Shown here: one piece after another, positions 9,006 to 14,855 of the stretch | Layout of the letters: each line of letters starts with the position of its first letter | How positions within the stretch are numbered: the first letter of the stretch is position 1 | Notes under the pieces: model-generated | The model's input: only the letters and a program-made list of their open reading frames with translations | What the model was told of the DNA's origin: nothing | Database searches by the model: none | Program-made: the position numbers and the translations under genes | Origin: a virus | DNA length: 64,000 nucleotides | Virus record (IMG/VR): IMGVR_UViG_3300033407_000002 | Span: 1-64,000 of that record | Reading direction: 5' to 3' (one strand)

Positions 9006-9044
9006 GCTTGAGGTTTTTCGTCGCTCCGATTGGTAAGGTCGGAG
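9006..9044 (-). promoter_or_regulatory. conserved 5'-leader element: hairpin CUCCGA[CCUUACCAA]UCGGAG + AAAAACCUCAAGC
   Basis: Minus strand: CTCCGACCTTACCAATCGGAGCGACGAAAAACCTCAAGC. This is a second, tandem copy upstream of the sigma gene. Confidence 0.55.
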
Positions 9045-9063
9045 GTGTCTTTCGTATACCTAC

Positions 9064-9092
9064 ATTCTAGCAGATTGCCGCGCGGCGAACAG
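9064..9092 (-). promoter_or_regulatory. sigma70-like promoter with extended -10 (TGcTAGAAT)
   Basis: Minus strand: CTGTTC-N17-(TGC)TAGAAT, about 20 nt upstream of leader element 9006..9044. Candidate host-RNAP early promoter for the phage sigma gene. Confidence 0.4.
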
Positions 9093-9134
9093 AGGTTTGA
9101 GCCCATAAAACGCTCGGATTTCGCGATTATTTGC

Positions 9135-10172
9135 CTACTTACTTATCGGCAAAATCGGGGTTCCGACATGGGGAAATTCGCGGATTTTCAGCTCGTCCGG
9201 AAACGTGGCAAAGTCATTGAATCCCTTCGTGTCGGCCTGCGAGAACTGCTTGAAGTGGAACGGCACCTTGGCGGCCGCGCACTGGTCCCTGAGCGACCGC
9301 GCCCAGTTGATGTCCATGGGCCTTGCCTTGGGGCCGCTTTCTCCGCCAACTATGACCCAGTTGATACCCGCTGTTCGGTCGCCCCACGCCACCGTTCCCC
9401 AATGCGCAGCAATCATGTCGAGTGGTCCCAACAGCGGCTCGCAGCTCAAGAAAAGCACCGGCGACAAATCCCTGCACCTGAGCAGTTCGGGTATCCGTTT
9501 TTCGGCGTACTCTTGGTTCTCCACGCTGGTTCCAAGGAAAACATTCTCGCGGCGCTTTGGTGTGGCCTTCGACGTAAACGCGCTGGCCAAGTCGCCTTGC
9601 CATCCCGGCCACATGCGGCGGATATTCTCCGGGCGTTTCGTCAAAACTAACCAGTCCAGGTTCGGCGTTGCGTCGATCAGCCTAAACAATCGCGACCGAA
9701 CATCGTCCATGGTGACTGGTTCGCCCTCGCACGGAACGCTACTAGCAACCCACTCAGGCTGCGCGTGGTGCCACCGCTGGTACAACTGCTCGCCTTTGTG
9801 ATTGTGGATCGGCCCTTGCCAATCTTCGAAAACGTCGGCCAAACTAGCGCAGAAGACGCGGGGTCGAGATCGGTCTATCCCGTATTCGCACTCCGGGCAT
9901 CTTGGCAGATCATGCTTGGCGTCTGCGCCACACTGGGCGCAAACCGGTATGTAAGCAGGGGCTGCCTCTCGGTTCCACTTCAGCGGCTTCTTCCACATCG
10001 CCTCAGACGCGACGACTCGGGTTCCGTTCGGCCCCCACACGCCAAGCGTCTTAGGGTTGCGTTTCGACATCGTATCCGCATAACACGAGGCACACCCCGC
10101 CGAAACCTTCGTGCAACCGCGGACGTGGTTAAATGTAGAATCACACCAAGAAATTGCCGTGTTCTCAGCCAT
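9135..10172 (-). CDS. phage Gp37/Gp68 family protein (DUF5131)
   Basis: The N-terminus ISWCDSTFNHVRGCTKVSAGCASCYA is the family signature; 345 aa. Confidence 0.8.
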   Translation of the reverse strand: MAENTAISWCDSTFNHVRGCTKVSAGCASCYADTMSKRNPKTLGVWGPNGTRVVASEAMWKKPLKWNREAAPAYIPVCAQCGADAKHDLPRCPECEYGIDRSRPRVFCASLADVFEDWQGPIHNHKGEQLYQRWHHAQPEWVASSVPCEGEPVTMDDVRSRLFRLIDATPNLDWLVLTKRPENIRRMWPGWQGDLASAFTSKATPKRRENVFLGTSVENQEYAEKRIPELLRCRDLSPVLFLSCEPLLGPLDMIAAHWGTVAWGDRTAGINWVIVGGESGPKARPMDINWARSLRDQCAAAKVPFHFKQFSQADTKGFNDFATFPDELKIREFPHVGTPILPISK

Positions 10173-10360
10173 CAGTATCGCCCCTCATACTTCTCGATAA
10201 TCTTCAGAGCCGTCGCCCGCTGTTTCTCGGACAGCTTCCCGGTCCACTTGTACGCCACGGAATCAATGTAGCCAGCTTCCCACTGCGTTACGTCGATATC
10301 GTCGCTATTGTCGATTGCTAGCAGTTCTTCTCGGATTTGTACGTCGGTCATCTCAGCCAT
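10172..10360 (-). CDS. hypothetical small protein
   Basis: Track ORF 10172..10705 trimmed to ATG 10360-10358 (MAEMTDVQIREELL...). TGATG overlap with the Gp37/Gp68 start. Confidence 0.45.
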   Translation of the reverse strand: MAEMTDVQIREELLAIDNSDDIDVTQWEAGYIDSVAYKWTGKLSEKQRATALKIIEKYEGRY

Positions 10361-10751
10361 CGAAACTCTTACCTTCCTCCCCGGTCGGCGGCCAACCACC
10401 GGCAGCCAGCGCGTCCGTACCGTACATCGCCCAATGTTCATGGAACTTCTGGCAATGCGCCACCGGATCAAACGATTCGCCGCGCACCTCGGCGCATGTC
10501 CACGCGATGATAAGCCCGCTAATGTCGTCCGCATGCGCGATACCATAGCTTGCCACCGCGTCACGTTTAAGCGGTGAATCAGCCTCCCAGAACGACCAGG
10601 CGTTCCGCATACCGGTCCCGAGCGTATGGTGGAATACCGTGCCGTCACTCGCGGCGCGGATCGCTCGCTTGTCCTGCTCGTCCATTGCGCTGACAAGCGT
10701 TTCAACGGCGCTCTTGATGGATGACGGGATTATGTCTCCATTGATGTTCAT
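10353..10751 (-). CDS. hypothetical protein
   Basis: Track ORF 10353..10823 trimmed to ATG 10751 (MNINGDIIPSS...). Confidence 0.5.
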   Translation of the reverse strand: MNINGDIIPSSIKSAVETLVSAMDEQDKRAIRAASDGTVFHHTLGTGMRNAWSFWEADSPLKRDAVASYGIAHADDISGLIIAWTCAEVRGESFDPVAHCQKFHEHWAMYGTDALAAGGWPPTGEEGKSFDG

Positions 10752-10774
10752 GCGATGTTCCTTGCTTTCCCAAA

Positions 10775-11236
10775 TTAACTCGCTTGGCGTTTCATCCCAA
10801 GAGAATACGGCACTGTTGCCCAATGGAAGTCAACGCCTTCCGCGCACGCTCGCGACCATCCGAACTCGTCCTCCCACGCACGACGAAGCATTTCGTCATT
10901 TTCTACCCACCTCTCAATTGCCTGCTCCGCCGCCTTGCGGGTCTTGAAGCCGCACTGGCCGCCTCCATCGGATGTTAACACCCACGACTTGCCATTCTTT
11001 TGAATCGAGAACCTAGAGCGGACGCGGACATACGGTTCTCTCGGAACTAACTCCAGAAACCTATGCTCATGCGCCGCCTTCATTGCCGACTCCAGGCATT
11101 CGTGGTCGATGTTTTTGGTCATCTCACCGAACCTAATCTGCACCAACCATCTACGGTCATACGTCCGGCTGATGAACCACTGGGGATGCCTCTCGTCAAG
11201 GACTCGTGCAATCTCGTCAATACTCAGATCGGCCAC
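10775..11236 (-). CDS. hypothetical protein
   Basis: 153-aa track ORF. Confidence 0.55.
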   Translation of the reverse strand: MADLSIDEIARVLDERHPQWFISRTYDRRWLVQIRFGEMTKNIDHECLESAMKAAHEHRFLELVPREPYVRVRSRFSIQKNGKSWVLTSDGGGQCGFKTRKAAEQAIERWVENDEMLRRAWEDEFGWSRACAEGVDFHWATVPYSLGMKRQAS

Positions 11237-11252
11237 CTAACACTCCTATCGT

Positions 11253-11552
11253 TCAATCTTCCCTCTGTACCCCGAGACCTTCGGCAATTACCTCAATCTC
11301 AGCCGCTTCGTACACCAGAAACTGCTGGTCGTAATCGAACATTCCCCAGCGACTCTCAATCAAGTCGACTGCCGGCGCATCGCCGTTGTATGAGCACGCA
11401 ATCAGCGATGCCTCAAAGAAATCCTGCGGCCCGCCGTCGCGCGAAATCACTTCCCCACGTCGATACAAGCCCGCCACAATACATGGCTTCCAATATGAGA
11501 ACACGGTCCCGACTGGAAGCCTGCAAAACTCATCGAACCCGACGATCTTCAT
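11253..11552 (-). CDS. hypothetical protein
   Basis: 99-aa track ORF. Confidence 0.5.
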   Translation of the reverse strand: MKIVGFDEFCRLPVGTVFSYWKPCIVAGLYRRGEVISRDGGPQDFFEASLIACSYNGDAPAVDLIESRWGMFDYDQQFLVYEAAEIEVIAEGLGVQRED

Positions 11553-12294
11553 GTATCGATTCCTCCAACAAGGATGCTAGACGCTTCACCATGAGCGCTT
11601 CATCAAGCGTTCCGTCCACGCGATTCGCAATCGCCGCGATGATTCGATCGCGGATCTTAAAGTCGAGTACGTCATACCCTAGCGCGACCATCACGTCTTC
11701 TGCAATCATCCTCGATACGGAAACACACTTGTCTTTATCTGCCAGCCATACGCCTTCCCCTGTCCTGTATGCGGAAAACGCCACTCTAGGCTTCTCGTCC
11801 ACCGCTGCCTTCTGGCCAGAGGTGCCGTCATCCACTTGCAATGCGGACGACAGCCCGAGACTTCCAACGGCACTCGGAGGCACCCATCCCTTCCATCGGC
11901 TTTCCCGATCCACTGCGGTCGGATCGTCGGTACATGCACCCGCTTGGCGGATCGCCGCCTCCCATGCCGTCTTGATCTGATCCGGCAGTTCGCCCCACGG
12001 AGGCATCGGATCGCCACGAAAATTCTTGTTGCCGGTGCTCCATGAATAAGCACGGTACGCACTGTGCGCTATATCGCTCCATGCCATTCCTGCCGTCGCC
12101 TGCTGCGAGTCAAGCAACAACTCCGCATCATCGCATACGAACATGATTCCCAGCGGCGGCGCGAAGTCATCGTCATCGCCTTCCCAGTCGTTCTCAGCAC
12201 CAACGACAGCTCGCCATCGCTCCTCCGCTTCCGAGTAATTCTTCGCCAGCACATAGGCTGGACGGTCGGCGTCTTGGACGTGAAACAACGGCAT
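11530..12294 (-). CDS. hypothetical protein
   Basis: 254-aa track ORF. The 305-aa plus-strand ORF 11063..11980 over it is Ser/Arg/Pro-rich shadow. Confidence 0.6.
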   Translation of the reverse strand: MPLFHVQDADRPAYVLAKNYSEAEERWRAVVGAENDWEGDDDDFAPPLGIMFVCDDAELLLDSQQATAGMAWSDIAHSAYRAYSWSTGNKNFRGDPMPPWGELPDQIKTAWEAAIRQAGACTDDPTAVDRESRWKGWVPPSAVGSLGLSSALQVDDGTSGQKAAVDEKPRVAFSAYRTGEGVWLADKDKCVSVSRMIAEDVMVALGYDVLDFKIRDRIIAAIANRVDGTLDEALMVKRLASLLEESIHEDRRVR

Positions 12295-12533
12295 GCGTAT
12301 TGTCCCTTCAGGAATTAAGCGGCACTAATAAAAAATGAGCGGAGGATTCAAAGCGACTGGACACGTGCTTAAAGCTTAAATACTTGTCGTCGCGGTGCTG
12401 CTCTTATCCGCTCGGCCTACAGTCCCGGCCATTTCAATCACGACCGATCAAAGCCAGCCTTCCACTGGACCCGAGCATCCGACAATGCCTTGCGGTCGTA
12501 TAAACCCGACCACCTTCGGTGTTTTACCTATAC

Positions 12534-12857
12534 TCAGCCAGGACAGTTTCTCAATGCAACGATGGCCTTTTCAAGCAGCGCTATGCACTCGCCGACTTCA
12601 CCGCGAATCGTGCAATAGTTCATCCTCACCGGCATGTTTTCACCGCCTCCAATTGAAATGCGGAGTATGCCCTGTTCGTCGTTTGGCATAAGGCGGCAAT
12701 GGATGTCGTTCGACTTCCAATCGGCCAATGACTTTTCTCCTGCCGCGCCAGTCGTGATCGTCGACGCGGCCGCCTTCTGTGCTGCGTCCGCCCGCTCGCG
12801 AAGTCGCTTGAGGAATTCGCCTCGGAGGCTGTGCGATTCATCGTCATGCGTTTGCAT
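12534..12857 (-). CDS. hypothetical protein
   Basis: 107-aa track ORF; ATG 12857 lies 22 nt after the U-run of the ncRNA locus. Confidence 0.55.
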   Translation of the reverse strand: MQTHDDESHSLRGEFLKRLRERADAAQKAAASTITTGAAGEKSLADWKSNDIHCRLMPNDEQGILRISIGGGENMPVRMNYCTIRGEVGECIALLEKAIVALRNCPG

Positions 12858-12878
12858 AAGTCATTCCCTAATGAAATG

Positions 12879-13021
12879 AAAAAACAAAAAGATCGGCGGG
12901 GATTACCCTCTCGGCATACTGGCTTACCTGCAATCCATCCCTTCACCCGTTAGCCTCCCGGGAAGCCAACGCGCCTCGTTCGATCGCGCCTCCTCGAAGG
13001 AACTGCACGCGCCACCGATCC
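12879..13021 (-). ncRNA. candidate structured RNA, module C (closing helix + short hairpin + U-run)
   Basis: The 5' GGAUCGGUGG (13021-13012) can pair with CCGCCGAUC (12899-12891). That segment is preceded by hairpin GGG-UAAU-CCC and followed by UUUUUGUUUUUU. It starts with the same 12-mer GGATCGGTGGCG as module A. Confidence 0.35.
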
Positions 13022-13244
13022 AAGCGAGCGCTGCGGATTCGAACCGCTTCCCCAACCTGCTGGCCACGGCCTTAGGCACGCTGGGTTTAACCTGTGGTCT
13101 CCGTGGAAACCCGCTCGTAAGTGCTCTGCCGTCTCTCCGGCTGAGCAGTACGTCAAGCCTTGATTCGGTGGCTTCTCCCTACCCCAATTACTAGACATTT
13201 GAGAGCCGTCTTGAATTGGTAAGTCATCCAGCTCTACGCTTACT
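13022..13244 (-). ncRNA. candidate structured RNA, module B (canonical tRNA T-arm sequence, CUUACCA-loop hairpin)
   Basis: Minus strand carries GCGG-TTCGAAT-CCGC (13047-13033, an exact GGTTCGAATCC T-loop 11-mer). It also carries hairpin AGAGC...TGA[CTTACCAAT]TCA...GCTCT (13235-13202) and a 10-bp hairpin TGCTCAGCCG-GAGAGA-CGGCAGAGCA. No coding potential is convincing. Confidence 0.35.
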
Positions 13245-13430
13245 AAAAGGATCGGGCAGGATTCGCACCTGCACTCAGGGACTCTTCTCAATGCCATAGT
13301 TCGGCCACCTTCGCGCGATGGCGAGTCAGGTTAGCGCCGTTCAGCTTGAGGTTGGTACTTCTGATCGCCTTCGACCGACTTCAATTAGGTCCGCATCTAC
13401 AGGCTAGCGTCTACATGCCGCCACCGATCC
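13245..13430 (-). ncRNA. candidate tRNA-like RNA, module A (acceptor-like helix + T-arm + U-run, ~182 nt)
   Basis: The 5' GGAUCGG (13430-13424) is perfectly complementary to CCGAUCC (13255-13249). That segment directly follows T-arm GCAGG-UGCGAAU-CCUGC (13272-13256) and is followed by UUUU. The 5' end lies about 8 nt downstream of promoter motif 13443..13473. Confidence 0.45.
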
Positions 13431-13442
13431 GGTCTCCAACCA

Positions 13443-13473
13443 CATAGACCGATTTACCCAGCAAGTATGTCGC
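13443..13473 (-). promoter_or_regulatory. promoter-like motif GCGACA-N18-GTC (copy 5), drives the ncRNA locus
   Basis: Minus strand: GCGACA TACTTGCTGGG TAAATCG GTCTATG. Confidence 0.55.
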
Positions 13474-14015
13474 TACCCGCCGCGAATTTTATTCCACCGC
13501 CGTATCCGGCGCTCCTCCTTCGACTCCCGGCACTGCTTGGCGAATTCCATGTCGGCCAACCTATCGTCGGCAAGCACCTCATCCCTACGCTTCCTCTCCT
13601 CCGGCCCCTCGTAGACAACGCCATCGCTCTCATACAGTCCGGCCGGCGAACTACCGGCCACCTGTCCAATACCCACGTACGGCGCTACCTCCCGAATCTT
13701 CGCCAGCGAAAGCAGCCCCACATTGCGGCACGATAGCAGCTCCGAATCCGGCACATTCCTAACCGATCCAATCGTCACATAGCCGCGTGACTCCAGACCG
13801 TTGGCCATCCGGGTCGGCAGCACACTTGCCAGCGGCGTACAGTCCTCCATATTCCACTCGCGCGATGACGCCAGATCCTCGGATCGCTTCCGCCGCGCGT
13901 AACGAATGAACTCCCGGCAGGCTTGCACGTACTTCCGCTGCTGCATTAGCACCCGGACTTCACCCATTACCCTGGAGAAGTCCTCCATCCATGCATAGCC
14001 TACTTCTTTGTGCAT
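13473..14015 (-). CDS. RNA polymerase alpha-subunit C-terminal-domain-like (HhH) protein
   Basis: LPTRMANGLESRGYVTIGSVRNVPDSELLSCRNVGLLSLAKIREV aligns by eye with the alpha-CTD pattern L-V-R-S-A-N-C-L...I-G-D-L...E-L-L...N-L-G-K-K-S-L-x-E-I. Track ORF trimmed to ATG 14015 (MHKEVGYAW), 8 nt after the upstream stop. Confidence 0.6.
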   Translation of the reverse strand: MHKEVGYAWMEDFSRVMGEVRVLMQQRKYVQACREFIRYARRKRSEDLASSREWNMEDCTPLASVLPTRMANGLESRGYVTIGSVRNVPDSELLSCRNVGLLSLAKIREVAPYVGIGQVAGSSPAGLYESDGVVYEGPEERKRRDEVLADDRLADMEFAKQCRESKEERRIRRWNKIRGG

Positions 14016-14023
14016 CTGCGCGA

Positions 14024-14344
14024 TTACTCCTGCTCGTCGTACAGGCGGCGCCAGTCCCGTAGCGTGAACCGCTGCCACATGTGACGCTCATAGGACACTC
14101 GACCGAAGGCCGCTATGCCACGCAAAAGTGACCCTCGATTTCCAGTCTCTATCTCGTCCAGCAACCCCAGTCGGTCCCGGCATGTCCGACTGTTGCAGAC
14201 TAACGCCCAGGCCATCAACCCGAAAAACAACAGCCAGCCGAAACCAGTAAGCACCACTACAGCCATGCGATCACCTCTATCCCGATTAAGAGTAGCCGAG
14301 CACTTCAGCCGTTCAATGCTAGGACCGTAGAGTCGGCCAGACAT
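14024..14344 (-). CDS. hypothetical membrane protein (1 TM)
   Basis: Track ORF 14024..14470 trimmed to ATG 14344 (MSGRLYGPS...). TM segment AVVVLTGFGWLLFFGLMAWALV. The start is uncertain. Confidence 0.4.
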   Translation of the reverse strand: MSGRLYGPSIERLKCSATLNRDRGDRMAVVVLTGFGWLLFFGLMAWALVCNSRTCRDRLGLLDEIETGNRGSLLRGIAAFGRVSYERHMWQRFTLRDWRRLYDEQE

Positions 14345-14375
14345 GTCGCGCCGGATCACGATCTGAGCGGTACTC

Positions 14376-14855
14376 TTACCCGTTGTCCTTGCCGGCCGAT
14401 TCTTCCTCGCGCTTCTTTTTGTTCTCTTCGATCTTCTTTGGATCGGGTTTGTACTTGCCGGTCGATTCAATGCCGGTACCCTCGAGCATCGATTGCTTAG
14501 CGTCGGCCTCGGACATGCCGTGCTCCTGTAGAAACGCGACTAGCTTTTCGGCTTCGTCGATTTCGTCTTCTCCCCAGACAACCTCTGGCTCGCCACCTTC
14601 CGGTTCCTCGGCCTCTTCGGCGGTTTCTTCGATGGGTTTCGTTTCCGTAGCCTCGGTCTCAACTGACTCGGTCTCAACGTCCTCGGGCTTACCCTCCTCC
14701 GCGACTTCGGTTTCATCAGCCATCACGTCCTGCGCCGGGCTTTGTTCGTCACCTTCAACTACCAGATCACCAGCAGACCAAAGCATCTTGTTGCTCTGGC
14801 TTTTTACCGGTGGTGTATCGTCGGCTTCATTTACTTCATCTGCTTTTTCCGTCAT
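14376..14855 (-). CDS. highly acidic protein (scaffold-like or decoy-like; function unknown)
   Basis: 159 aa with long Glu/Asp/Thr-rich tracts; 4-nt overlap with the portal stop. Confidence 0.55.
   Translation of the reverse strand: MTEKADEVNEADDTPPVKSQSNKMLWSAGDLVVEGDEQSPAQDVMADETEVAEEGKPEDVETESVETEATETKPIEETAEEAEEPEGGEPEVVWGEDEIDEAEKLVAFLQEHGMSEADAKQSMLEGTGIESTGKYKPDPKKIEENKKKREEESAGKDNG

Noticed and set aside
11063-11980. Long plus-strand ORFs antisense to minus-strand genes (also 6870..7538, 37647..38288, 47179..47805, 61843..62742, 34699..35307, 9030..9650, 59413..59955)
   Set aside because: All are Arg/Ser/Pro-rich translations typical of antisense frames in GC-rich DNA. All overlap minus-strand ORFs that have recognisable domains or operon coupling.
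12341-12400. Promoter-motif-like sequence GCGACGACA...CCAGTCGCT upstream of 11530..12294
   Set aside because: The spacing is about 27 nt and the -10 block is not in register, so it does not fit the 31-nt element. The tandem TTTAAGC repeats here remain unexplained.
13022-13118. Canonical class II tRNA (94 nt; CGAGCGG...GCGCTCG acceptor with the GGTTCGAATCC T-arm)
   Set aside because: Six of seven acceptor pairs and a 4-bp T-stem can be drawn, but I could not form a D-arm or an anticodon stem-loop. It is kept only as part of the candidate ncRNA locus pending tRNAscan/ARAGORN.
12950-13297. 115-aa minus-strand ORF as a protein-coding gene
   Set aside because: It has Arg/Gly/Ser/Pro-rich low-complexity composition and no RBS. 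It overlaps two tRNA-like T-arm sequences and strong hairpins. The RNA interpretation is preferred.
12879-13430. tmRNA (one-piece or permuted two-piece) interpretation of the tRNA-like locus
   Set aside because: - The acceptor-like helix is GGAUCGG/CCGAUCC with A3-U70 instead of the G3-U70 alanine identity pair.
- No GGGG 5' end and no encoded CCA.
- No plausible tag ORF ending in hydrophobic residues.
- Module A is only ~182 nt.
- The 3' strand after the second T-arm (AGCGCUC) does not pair with the following GGAUCGG.
14376-14855. Scaffolding protein or Ocr-like DNA mimic call for the acidic protein
   Set aside because: Position and charge are suggestive, but there is no sequence signature. 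It is left as hypothetical.
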